DNA of 64,000 nucleotides, the filler included, from Jimgerdemannia flammicorona (lineage: Eukaryota), in assembly GCA_003990765.1 (NCBI GenBank). It is 3 parts of 3 records of this genome, joined end to end, with 100 filler letters (N's around TTAATTAATTAA, not from the genome) between each part and the next. Parts side by side here need not be neighbours in the genome. Positions count along the whole stretch, not along the records: positions 43,034 to 64,000 come from RBNJ01001555.1; 2 more parts are not named here. One strand, 5' to 3'. A program made the translations under genes and the position numbers. A model generated the notes under the pieces. That model was not told the DNA's origin and ran no database searches. It worked only from the letters and a program-made list of their open reading frames with translations. Positions 52,236 through 64,000 of the stretch are shown one piece after another (the first letter of the stretch is position 1; each line of letters starts with the position of its first letter).

Positions 52236-52989
52236 AATCTAGTCAATAACAGTGACTATGAAACCCAACTGAATAAAAAAGAACAAACTCACATCGAAAT
52301 CAAGCTGAGTCAAAATGACCAGATCAGCCAATATGAAAGCAGAAAAAATGAACTTACAATATCTCACCAGACTAACTCTAGTTATTCTGACCAATTGAAC
52401 CAAACCACACAGAGAAAATGTGACCAAAATAACCAGACCAGCCAATATGAAAATAGGAAAAATAAACTTATGATATTCTACTGGACTGACTCTGGCTATT
52501 CCGGTCAATCAAACCAAACTATGTAAAGAAAATACAATTATATAACATTTAGTAAAGAAGATGATTATGATGAAAATTACATATCTAATGACAATTGGAG
52601 TGATTCTAAGAGTGCAGTCTTACTGGCTCTAAAAAACTATACAGATCTCCTATGAGAATCAATCACTTCTTATATCAGTTATACTGAAGATACCTGTAAG
52701 AAGTACTGGGTGGCAATGGCTGCAGATCAAAAAGAAAAAAGAAGGATAATTGATTCTCAACTTGGAATTAAGTAGACCAGAGTACAGGATGATGTTTTGA
52801 AGATACTAGTTGAAAAGAGTACTAGTTAGGTATAAATTGCTATAATAATTCCAGATTGGGATCTGAAACAGTATGAAAAAAAATAGAGAGAGATCAACCA
52901 TGGGCACCATTAGAATAGTATTGATCAATGAGCTCTACTAGCCACTATAGTATGTATTTTTTTTTTTTTTTTGAAATAAAAAACACTTA

Positions 52990-53180
52990 TATTGATTGAC
53001 ATTGATTCTGATTCCACTTGATCTACTTGACCATTGATCCTATTATATCCTTGTTGATCTCTATTAATCCTGTTATATCTCTATTGATCTCTGTTGATCT
53101 TACTTGATCTCCATTGATCCCACTTGATCCCTATTGATTCCACTTGATTCCACTTAATCTCACTTGATCTACATTAATCC
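52990..53180 (+). repeat. ~10 bp tandem repeat (TTGATCCCAC-like)
   Basis: Repeated ATTGATCC/CTTGATCC words following a poly(T) tract. Confidence 0.75.
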
Positions 53181-54931
53181 TTTTCAAAAATAAATATGAT
53201 GGCTGAGTGATTATATGGACAAATTGGGCTTGATTCCTAACCTGAACTCTAACTCTCTTCTTATTTGCTACTACTGCTGCTACTAATTAATATAAGATGT
53301 TCTCAAAGTAAAGGAGCTTTACTTTAAAGATATATTTGAAGATATAATATTTGCAGATATGGGGTTAGCTCTAAGATAGATATTGAAGATAATATAAAAA
53401 GTATATATATTTAATATACTATAACTACTTATAATAATTTTACTATTATATTTTAGTCTTAGTACTTTTTTACATCTTCTTTTTTATCATTTTTTGAATA
53501 TTCTACTATATTCTGGTACTTTCTGAATACTTAGAAATTATCTCTTAGTACTAAGATATTATTAAAATATTCTTATCTTCTCTTGATACTAAGTATTTTA
53601 TCTTAGTTAGTTATAAACCCTTTTAGAATATTGTAGAATTCTATTAGTTATCTTTGCTGAGAACCTATTTCTTAGCTTTTCTCTTCTTTTTTAGATCCTT
53701 CTTTCAGATCCTATATAAATATTCTTATTTTTTATTTAAATAAAACTCAGAATATTTTCTCTCAGAAATCCTTTCAGAATACTTAAACCTATAAGTATCT
53801 CTTTGAACTACTTTAGACTCACTAAAACTTTCAGTCTTAGCTACTTCCTCTTAAAGAAACTAAAACTATTATACTTAATAAAGTAGTATCATTATACTTT
53901 ACCTTATTAAGAAATCTTATATAAATTTAGAAACTAGTTACAACTAGTTATATAAGTTCAAAATGAGCTATATATAATTAGTCTACCAGCCAGACCTCTC
54001 TGCTACAGAAGAAGTAGAAAATACTGAACCATAAGTTAGCTTAGAAGATATAGTTACCACTATGGCTCACTAGCTCTGATAACTTTAAGTACAATTAGAA
54101 TATTAGAAAATGTAATAGCTCTTGGTTCTATCCCTCTCTTATCCTTTGGATAATTAGGGAAGTGGACTATTACTTAGGGACTTAGTACACAATGTGTACC
54201 AAGAAGCCTTTAGTTTGAGGAAGTACTCACTTAAAGTAGTTGTAGCGGCAGTGCCTTATCTTTCAAAGGTCTTTCTCTGATTTGCCTTCTGTTTCAAAGG
54301 TCTTTCTCTTGTGCCCTATTTTGAGGGTCTTGTTCTTTGCTGTGCACAGACTGAATTCACCTTGGAATTCAGGTTCAATGGATTTACTTAAGTCTTTGGA
54401 GATTTATATACCGGTCTCAGTTCTGGTAGAAGTTAGCTAGGCTTCTGGAGTTTAGTCAGAAATACTAGAGTCACTTAGATGTCATTACTAAGACTCAGGG
54501 GAATGTGTGTGTGTGGGGGGGACTGGATTCTTGTATCAAGGACTGAACTAAAACTGCTTTATTTCAGATAGAAAACTGGGGGGTATTTATACAAGTTGGT
54601 CCACGATTTCTGACTAAGTATGAGTGACTAATTTGGTAACTATAATGAGGTTTGTGATCGCGACCTTTGTCAGGTAGTTTTTGGTAAAAACAACTTTGTG
54701 ATCAGGACCTCAATTACTAGGCAATGATCAGCTGCTATGGCAACTGTTGCTGCGGCACCGATTGTTGGGGATAAGCTGGATATCATTTTCCACGTCATTT
54801 TGCATCATTCATTCGTCACTTGCTATTCATATGTTGTGCTTGATTGTATGATGATGTCATCACCGGGTCACGTGATCACTTGTCGTTCGTCGCATCCCAT
54901 CTGTTTGTCATTCTATTACATCCTTCCCCCC

Positions 54932-55741
54932 TCAGAAATCAACGTCCTTGTTGATTGAGAAATTGAGAACCAGGGGAGAGAAAGGTGGGGAATCTTCCTC
55001 AGGGGCAGGGGGGGTGGTTGTTGCTGATGGTTCACTGTCCAGAATAGAGAAGTCAATGAGGTCTGCAAATGGTTCTTGCATTGGAATAGGTGCTGGTGTA
55101 GGGGTTCTCCATCTGATGCAGTTGGGGCCATCCAAGTAGGGCTCTTGATCTTCATGCCTGGGAATATCCATTCGGATAGGTGGTCCTTTAAAGAGGTCAG
55201 AGAGACCTTGGAGCCATTGGTCAGAGTTGTCATTCAGGAGAGGGCTCCAGTAGGGTTCATAGTCAGTAGACTTGAGGGCAATCCAGGAGTTGGCTTCTTG
55301 GGCAACCTTGACTTCTAGGGCATCGACCTCAGGGAAAGAGAGGTTCTGGAAGTCCTTCAGTTGTATGTAGTTGAGGTTGGGGATTGCAAAGGGTGCATGG
55401 TACATGATTTGATGGATCTTCTTGACAAGTCTTTGCTTGTGCCTGTCTAGGTGAGTCCAGTCAGAGACTTGGTCTGTGGGCAGGTCCTTTGCCCATTGGA
55501 GGAGTTGATGGCCAATCTCATATTCATATCAGATTTCTAGGTGGCTGGTAGCAAGGTAGGCTCTTTCAATGACTTCATGGCGGTTGAGGACATAGTGTCC
55601 TAGGTTCTGGCTGGAGAGGTTAAGGGCCTCTGAGCAGCAGTTCCTTCCTTGGATGGCAACCTGGATGTGTCCAAAGAGGCGGTCAACCTGGCTTGGGAGG
55701 GGCTGGCTGCAGCAGGCAGTTTGGTGGTGGGTGGCAGGCAT
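54932..55741 (-). pseudogene. Accessory ORF of C (homolog of the family A LTR ORF), one internal stop
   Basis: MPATHH...KKIHQIMYHAPFAIPNL...FADLIDFS...PLVLNF; the stop abuts the PPT. Confidence 0.85.
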
Positions 55742-56383
55742 TCTTGTCTTGTCTTTTCTTTGTGAGGAAAGGGAGATGAGAGTTGCAGGGTATTCTTGCC
55801 TTGGGTATTTATACTTATTTGCCCATCTGATGTAACCTTCCTTTGGTCACACTTTCTGGCAAAATGCATGACCTGTGCTATAAGTGGAGCATATGCTGGT
55901 CACATGAGGAAATCCTGATTTCAAAGATCTCGTCACCTGTCTGTGGTTACACAGGGTTAACAGGTCTTGGTCCACTTTTTTTTTTGTCTGGTTGGCGCAT
56001 TTGCGAGGACTGGCCATCCTTGTCTAGGGCGAGGGCTCTCATTGTCATGGCTGGGGGTTCGAACCTCTCAGAAATAGACTTTCTTATAATCTGAGGCAAT
56101 TCTTAGTAACAATATCTATCACGTGGATGGACTTAGACTGGTTTTGACATTGTCAGCTTTTCTAAGTTTCACATGAAGCGTCTGTCATCATCCAGCAGAG
56201 ATGATACAGATGGCGTGAAATGGAGTTGTTCAAATGCATTTTGCTGTACTGTACTAGATTGTTCTTTTGCTTGGGTATCTTCTTGTTGGTTATCCATAGT
56301 GTTCCTTTTTTCACAATGTTCGGTATTATATGTTTCCAGATAAAAATATGTGGTATCCTTCTGTTCACTGTGTGCTCCTATAC

Positions 56384-59300
56384 TTAGAGCTGTAGTTCCT
56401 TCCTTTGCTGGGGGGTGAGTGTTTCCATATAGTCCTGGAGGGCTTCGCATGCATTCTTCAGGGCTTCTTCTTTTTCCCAGGTGGTATCATAGGTGGGGTA
56501 ACCCTTCCACTTGATCAGGAAAAAGTGCTTGACTGTTTTGGGATATTTGCAGACCTTGTGGTCAAGTACTTCCTCAATTTCGAATTCCTCATGATCATTG
56601 ATCCTAATTGGGAATAGTGGTGGAACTATACACTCAGAGAATGGGTTCTCGTGGTAGTCCACCAATTGGCTGATATGGAATACTGGGTATACTCAGATAT
56701 TGTGGGGAAGTTGTAACTTGTAGTTGACTTCACTGATTTTTTCCACGATCTTGTATGGTCCAATTCTTTTAGCACGGAGTTTCTTGGCTGGTTGTTGTGC
56801 CAGAGTGTCTGGGTGGAGGTGGTCTGTTCTAAGCATGACCTTGTCACCAATATTGTAGGAGGCTTCTCTTCATTTCAAATTCGTGTACTTGGTCTGGTAG
56901 TCTTGTGCTTCTATGAGAGCATCTCTTATCATTCGCATAAGGTCAGAAATGGTCTCGGCCAGATCTTGGGCTACTGGGACTGCTGATTTCGCGGTAGTAC
57001 TTGGGGTCCTTGGGTGTTGACCATGGTTCAGGAAGAATGGAGTCTTCTTTGTGGAGGTTTGCTGACTGTTGTTGTAGGCAAACTCAGCATGGGCCAGGTA
57101 CTTGTCCCAATAATTTTGCTTGTAACAGCAGAAGATGCTAAGCATCTGTTTGAGAGTCCTGTTTGTTTGCTCAGTTTGACCATCAGTCTGAGGGTGGTAG
57201 GTAGTAGAGAACTTCAGCTTGGTTCCATAGAGAGAGAAAAATGCCTTCCAGAAGTTGCTTGTGAACTTGGCATCTCGGTCAGATATAATGGTGCTAGGCA
57301 TGCCATGTAGCCTGAATACTTGATTGAGAAAGATCTCGGCAATCTCTGGTGCTGTAGCAGTGGTCTTGGTGGGTGCAAAATGGGCTTGTTTACTTAGGCG
57401 GTCCATGAATACCACAATGGCATCCCATCCTGCCTTGGTCTTGGGGAGTTGGACAATGAAGTCCATCACAATCTGGTCCCAATTGTAACTCGGGATAGGC
57501 AAGGATTGCAGGAGTTCTGCTGGTAGCTTGTTACCACTTTTGAACCTTTGGCACATCTCGCATGAGGCCACAAAGTCTTTGATATCCCTGGTCATCTTTG
57601 GCCAGTAGAACTCTTTTGAGAGGAGGTTGTAGGTCTTTTCAAAACCAAAGTGTCCTGCTGCAGGAGTATCATGGAGTTCCTGCATGATTTTGAGTCGCAG
57701 AGTATCATTGTTGGGTACAACCACTCTGTCATGGTCCCTGTAGATAAGTCCATTACAGTAGGTGAATCTCTTGGCCATTTGCCTCATGGGTTCTGGAATC
57801 TCGGCCTCTGGGTCTTGGCAGAACTGAAGGAAATTCATCAGTGGGCTGTCTTGCTAGTAGCCATCTTTGATCATTTGGGTAAGGTCTCCAATTACTTCGA
57901 CCATGAAGACAAGTTCATCTTCCATGTACCTAGAGAAACCATCAGCCACACAGTTGGTTTTGCCTGGGATATACTTGATTTCCATATCAAAGTTAGCAAT
58001 GATTTCCATCCAGCGGGCTTGTCTGTGGGTCAGCATGGGCTGTGTGTGAATATACTGTAGTGTATGGTGATCAGTGTAGGCCACAAATGGCTGTCCTAGG
58101 AGGAAATGGTGCCATTCCTGGAGTGCAGTGACAATAGCCAGAAGTTCCTTCTCATGGGTGGTATACCGGGTCTCAGCTGGCTTGAGCTTCTGTGAAAGGT
58201 AGGCCACTGGGTGGTCTTCTTGGCTGAGCACTGCTCTAATAGCAATGTCAGAGGCATCTATTGTCAGAGTGAATGGTCTGGTAGGATCAGGTGCAATTAG
58301 CACTGGGGCCTCAGTAAGGAGTCTCTTGAGATGGTCCATAGTCAGGGTACATTTGGGGGTCTATTCAGCTTTGATGTTCACTTCTTTATGGGCCAGGCTG
58401 GTCAATGGGGCTGCAATAGCAGAGTATCCTTGGATAAACCTTTGGTAATAACTGGCGATACCCAGGAAGTACTGGAGTAGCTTGAGGGTAGTAGAGATAG
58501 GGATATCCTTAAGAGCTGATACCTTTCGGGGGTCCACATTGATACCTTCAGCAGAGATGATGTGTCCTAAGTACTCAATCTGGTCTTGGTAGAACTTGCA
58601 TTTGCTCATCTTGGTATAGAGCTGGTGTTCTTGCAGGAGGGTCAGTACTTGTCTAAGGTGGGTGTAGTGTAGCTCTACTGTCTTGCTGTAGATTAGTATA
58701 TCATCAATATACACAAGGACACAGATGTTGAGAAGTAGTCCAAAGATATCATTCATCAGATACTGGAATGTTGCTGGTGCATTGGTCAATCCAAAAGGCA
58801 TGACTCAGAACTGGTAGTGTCCAAACCATGTTCGGAAAGCTGTCTTCTCAATGTCCTTCTCATCAATGAGAATCTGGTGGTAGCCATTTCACAAATCCAG
58901 TAGAGAAAAGGTCTTGGCCTTGAAGATTTGGTGTAACAACTCATCAATCCTGGGCAAGGCATACTGGTTCTTGATAGTGATCTTGTTGAGGACTCTATAG
59001 TCAATACACATTTGCAGAGAGCCATCCTTCTTCTTGACAAATAGAATGGGGGCTCCAAATGGAGAGTGGCTGGGTTCAATATATCCCTGGGCCAGTAGTT
59101 TGGTCAATTCATCCTTGAGGGTCTTGAGCTCAGGTTGAGCCAGTTGATAGATACTCTTGTATAGGGGTTTAGATCCTGGAATAAGATCAATTCCATGTTG
59201 GATTTGGCGCTTGGGTGGAAGTTCTTGAGGATCTTGGAATACATCTTGGAATTCTTCAAACAGTTCTTGAGCTTCTGTTGGAATTGGGCTGCTTGTAGCA

Positions 59301-60190
59301 TCAGTGACTTCTTGTACTGTACAGATGAAGTAGGTGTTTCCCTTTTTTCAAGAGAGTCTCTTCATTTGAATGGCAGAGATGATTTTGATTCCTTGGTAGT
59401 TGGTATCTTCCTGGGGTATCAGGGTGATCTTTCTGCCTTCGTGGGTCAGATTGACCTCGTTGGTTCTCCAGTTGATGTCTGGGTTATGTTGGGTCAATCA
59501 GGCTTTTCCTAAGATAATGTCTTGTCTTGGGAGGTCTACAATGCTGAAGTCCAACTTCTCTTGATATTTGCCAATTTTGAGCAAGAGGTCTTCACAGATC
59601 TTGGTCAATGGTGCAGTCCTTCCATCACCAAAGGTAACACTTCTTTTCTCAGTAGTTGGTCTGCTTTGGGCTCCAATCCTCTTGGCGGTCTTGGTGCTGA
59701 TGTAGTTTCCAGTAGCACTACTATCAAGCAAGACATTGACATTCTGTCTGTGGACTTGGCCTGTGAACTTGATGCAACTATCCTCCTTCTTGATGGTATT
59801 GAGCTCTTCCTCCTCATTGTTGTCCCAATTGCTGTCAGTCTCCTCGAAGTCAGTCTCTTCCCATCCTTCACAAGGAGGGTTGTCTTGTTTGAGTTCCTTA
59901 GTCTGTTGAGCTTGGTGCTTCTCAGATTGAATTTTGAAAAATTTGGAGAGGCATGCATGGCATTCATCAATATGTTCCATGCAGTACATTCGAATGGAAT
60001 GAGAGCATCATCCACATGGTGCATAACCATCTGCAATTCTCTTGTACCAGTTTTCATCATCTTCCTTCATGGTAGTGACCTTTTGACTAGGAGATTTGTT
60101 GGTAGATCCAAACTCTTTCTTGCCACGATCTGTCTGGGAGAGTTCAGAGACTTCTTCAATGGTGAGATCTTGACAGATTTCTTCAATGAT
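56384..60190 (-). pseudogene. C pol: protease, RT, RNaseH, integrase, chromodomain
   Basis: [36 protein letters not shown]...CEMC, YHPQTDGQTE, FEIEEVLDH...FLIKWKGYPTYDTTWE. Confidence 0.93.
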
Positions 60191-60510
60191 TACTTAGGCA
60201 ATTCTTTGGCCTGTTTTGACTTCAAATGATGTGTCTCCAAAATTTCGCAAAATGACACGGATTTCACCAGTAAATCCTTGGTCAACCACTCCTCCTCCTA
60301 GCCCAATGTTGAACTCTTTGGCTAGACTACTTCGCTCAGCAAGGTGGATGTATATACCTCTGGGGGCTTGCATTGCAATTCCTATTTGCACTGTAGCATT
60401 GGTACTTGGTGGGATGGTGAGGTCTTGGCTGCTGTAGAGGTCATATCTAGCATCAGTTGGGTGGGCCTTAGTGGGGATGGTAGCCTTGCACCATATCTTC
60501 TGTACTTTGA
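60100..60510 (-). pseudogene. dut: dUTPase domain between gag and protease (family C)
   Basis: DARYDL, ERSSLA, GGVVDQGFTGEI, GQRIA, RGKKEFGST. Confidence 0.9.
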
Positions 60511-62366
60511 TGATATTCTCAGAGTTCTTCTTTCCTGGACCTTCTCCAATAACAGTAATGTTCTGGTTACTGGGTTCACCTGATCTGTTTCTCTTCTCAG
60601 GGCATTTGACTGAGATGTATCCTACCTTCTTGTAGATAAAGCACAATCCTTTTTCATGGAGCTGCTTCTTCTCATCCTCAGTGAGAGATCTGGGTCCTCT
60701 GGGGTTTCGCTGGTTCCTTTGATCATATCTTTGATCATATCTTTGGTCATTCCTTTGATCATTTCTCCTGGCAGGATTTCTCCTGTCTTGGGTATCTTTC
60801 TTGTGTTCTTGATTTCGTGGAGCTTGTGCAGCAAGGATTTTGTGGGCTCTTCTTTGTACTTGGGCAAAGCACCATAAGTAGTGGGGACATCCTTGGGGAA
60901 GACCTTGTTCCTTGATCTTCTGGGTGAGCCAGTCTGGTAGGGCTGCAAAGAGATGATTGGCTCTAGTACCATTGATGGCCAAATTGTTTTCCTGATAGGT
61001 AAGTCCAACAGTTTTGAGATAGGCATCCATTCTGGTAACAAAGGTCTCTAGATCCTCTTCACCATTCTTGTGGAACTTCATCTGGGACAGTTTGTTCCAA
61101 GTTTCTTGTATGTAGGCCACATTTCGGAATTTGGTCAGTAGCAAGGCCTTGAGTCCAAGGCCTGCTTCATGGTCATCCCAACCTGGTCTATTGTTTGCCA
61201 AGTACTTGTCCATTGATTTGAGGGCAGGCTTTCCAGGTTACTGGGTGTTGTTCTAAGGTTTGCCAGAATTCGGCTGCTGTTCTAGTGAAGAATGTGGCTA
61301 CTGTTTCTACTTGTGCTGCTGATGTGGCAAACAGCTGTTGAAGGGTGCTGTTCTGGTTGTTGGTGAGCATTCCTATAGGTACTCGGTTGTCATTCCATTG
61401 GTTTGCTCAGTAGCCTATGTCAACTTCATTGATGAAGTTTTCAATATCACTGTTTTTTCCACTGAATGTTGGGATTCGCAAAGTCTTGGTTGGTTTGTTC
61501 TGTTCAGCAATCTGTCCTACTATCCCTGCTAGTGCTGCTAGCTGGGTGGTCAGTGCTGCAATATTGATATCTACCATTGTGTTGACTATTGGTGGTGGGC
61601 CTGTTGGGGTAGATTCTCCTAAAGATTGTTGTGCTTGGTGGGGTTGTGGTGCTGTATGACTTGGGGTTACTTGGTTCTCAGATATTAAGTCAAAGAGTCC
61701 TGTGAGAGAGGATAAACCAAATCTCTGTATAGGTGGCTGGGTTGGTTCTGGGGTCTGATCTTCTTGACCTATGGTTCCTTGGTAAATTCCTAGGCCTGCT
61801 ATTCCTCGTTGGCTATTATCAGACTGGTGACCTGTAGATTCTTCATCTGACTCCCTTCCCTGATGAGATAGTGCATCCTCATACTGACTAGGTCCTTCAA
61901 AGAGGATATCAGTCTCTGGCTGGGTTGATGGGCCTGCTCCTTGTTCAGCAGTAGGGGATGGATGGCCTGCTTGCTCGTTCTCATATCTAGTTATGGCAGA
62001 GGTGTAGTATACAACTAGCCTGCAGTAGAGGGAGGTCTTGGTTGGTATATGATGATATCTGTCAGAGGCAATCCACTTGGCAGCTGCTTCTCTTGCAGCA
62101 GAGGGTGTAATATAATCTAAAAAATCCTGGGTGGCTGCAGCAGTAGATTCTGAGGTCCTAGTGATTCCAATGTGTTCTTGGAGGAGTTCGTAGAACCTAC
62201 AGTGGCTAACAATATTCCTAAGTCCTGGGTGGTATGTCCTAAAGGCCTGGTATAGATCCTTGTAAGCCTGGTCAATTACAAGTTGGTGAGTCCTTGGGTC
62301 TGTAGTTTCCTGGTACCACCTGGTCCTAATGGCAAGGGCTTCTCTGGCTCTGGTTTGAGGATCCAC
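60511..62366 (-). pseudogene. C gag with a long N-terminal extension
   Basis: IPTFSG..IENFI capsid start, RNDQ/RYDQ repeats, GLCFI.K.VG.ISVKC knuckle. Confidence 0.8.
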
Positions 62367-62452
62367 AGTTATTTCTGGGGGTTACTCCTGTCCAAGGTTG
62401 GTCTTGTTCCAACTTCAGGAGTGTGTTCTTTGATGCCTTCTTGGCTGGTAAT

Positions 62453-62464
62453 CTGCTGCTACCA
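62453..62464 (-). other. PBS of C, initiator tRNA-Met-like
   Basis: TGGTAGCAGCAG 3 nt after the 5' LTR; TGGTAGC is the usual tRNAiMet-complementary start. Confidence 0.65.
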
Positions 62465-63277
62465 AGTTGTAATAGCTCTCAGTTCTATCCCTCTCTTATC
62501 CTTTGGATAATTAGGGAAGTGGACTATTACTTAGGGACTTAGTACACAATGTATACCAAGAAGCCTTCAGTTTGAGGAAGCGCTCACTTAAAGTAGTTGT
62601 AGCGGCAGTGCCTTATCTTTCAAAGGTCTTTCTCTGGTTTGCCTTCTGTTTCAAAGGTCTTTCTCTTGTGCCCTATTTCGAGGGTCTTGTTCTTTGCTGT
62701 GTACAGACTGAATTCACCTTGGAATTCAGGTTCAATGGGTTTACTTAAGTCTTTGGGGATTTATATACCGGTCTCAGTTCTGACAGAAGTTAGCTAGGCT
62801 TCTGGAGTTTAGTCAGAAATATTAGAGTCACTTAGATGTCATTACTAAGACTCAGGGGAATGTATGTGTGTGGGGGGGACTGGATTCTTATATCAAGGAC
62901 TGAACTAAAACTGCTTTATTTCGGATGGAAAACTGAGGGGTATTTATACAAGTTGGTCTGTGATTTCTGACTAAGTATGAGTGACTAATTTGGTAACTAT
63001 AATGAGGTTTGTAATTGTGATCTTTGTCAGGTGGTTTTTGGTAAAAACAACTTTGTGATCAGGACCTCAATTACTAGGCAATGATCAGCTGCTGTAGCAA
63101 CTGTTGCTGTGGTGCTGATTGTTGGGGATAAGCTGGATATCGTTTTCCACATCATTTCGCATTGTTCGTTCGTCACTCGCTATTCATATGTCATGCTCAA
63201 TCATATGATGACGTCATCACCGGGTCACATGATCGCTCATCATTCGTCGTGTCCCATCTGTTCGTCGTTCTATTACA

Positions 63278-64000
63278 GAAAACAAGAACTCTAATCATCA
63301 TATCTTACTACCATATTAGCCAGTTTTAAGCTACTTAAGTCAGATATCTTTAATGGTCACTAGAGAGGTCTAACTATAGATATATAGATCTTTCAGCTAA
63401 ATCAATACTTTGAACTTATAAGAATAAAAGAAGATATATATATAAGTCTAATTTACTACTATACTTCTCTAAGAGAATACAGTCATCTAGTAGTATAATT
63501 ATATTATAACTACTATTACCTATTCAAATACAAGAATTTAAGATTGGAAATTCTTTAAGGAGACACTTTACTAGTAGTTTAAGTCTGCTAATACTACTAA
63601 GCTAGCTAGGGATAAGCTAGTAAATATCAAGCAACTCAAGTCTATATAAAGTTATAATATATAATTTCTGTTAATTCTATTTAAACTACTAGTAATATTT
63701 GAAGATAAAAAGATAGACTACTATATCCAAGATCTAAAAGAAAATACATAAGTCAAGATCAAGCTAGAGAAACTACAGACTCTTAATAAAGCTATGAGAA
63801 TTGCTGATAGATTTGATGTTATCATCTTTGGTAACTGCTTTAAGTCAGAACACTATAAGAAGAACTACTTTGAGAACTATTATAAGAACTAACCAAAAAT
63901 AGTTGATCCAATACTAATAGATCTAGATATTATGAATAAGAAGAACATTAAGCTCATCTTAAAGGAGAAAGATCATCTAAAGAAATCTGAAGCTTATTTT
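63278..64000 (+). pseudogene. Highly AT-shifted Ty3/gypsy gag relic into which C inserted
   Basis: By-eye translation: KIDYYIQ.LKEN...KAMRIADRFD, a degenerate PMDLD-like motif, and a KEKDHLKKS.A pre-knuckle segment. Confidence 0.55.

Larger units (their letters stand above)
54111..63277 (-). mobile_element. Chromodomain-bearing Ty3/gypsy (chromovirus-type) element C, complete with TSD
   Basis: 810 bp LTRs 54111-54920 and 62468-63277; TSD GAAAA at 54106-54110 and 63278-63282; PPT 54921-54932; gag-dUTPase-PR-RT-RNaseH-IN-chromodomain. Confidence 0.96.

Overview
Eukaryotic, probably fungal, transposon-dense DNA with strong CpG depletion and many C>T/G>A-derived stop codons, split by two N-gaps. 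Contents: (i) Ty3/gypsy family 'A' with ~1.5-1.6 kb LTRs, as two full-length copies (217-9076 +, 30871-39639 -), a 5'-truncated copy (22881-30610 +) and a 3' LTR plus PPT at a gap (41411-42933 -); (ii) a complete chromodomain-bearing Ty3/gypsy element 'C' (54111-63277 -, TSD GAAAA); (iii) a 2.1 kb element 'D' with TG..CA ends, ~58 bp terminal inverted repeats and a 5 bp TSD, plus a decayed second copy; (iv) four L1/Tx1-like LINE copies; (v) older gag relics; (vi) a CpG-retaining island with a probable two-exon host gene for a small secreted 10-cysteine protein (10179-10664 -). Main observation: A, C and D, which are distinct elements, all carry a homologous ~270-360 aa accessory ORF that I do not recognise. 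It lies inside the LTR in A, between integrase and PPT in C, and inside D, and in each case it is near a GATGACGTCATC (CRE-type) palindrome and a shared TATA core. A and C also share a dUTPase and an unrecognised Cys/His domain in mirror-image order, and A encodes integrase in a separate +1 frame in all three copies. All alignments were done by eye and no database searches were run, so novelty is unverified.
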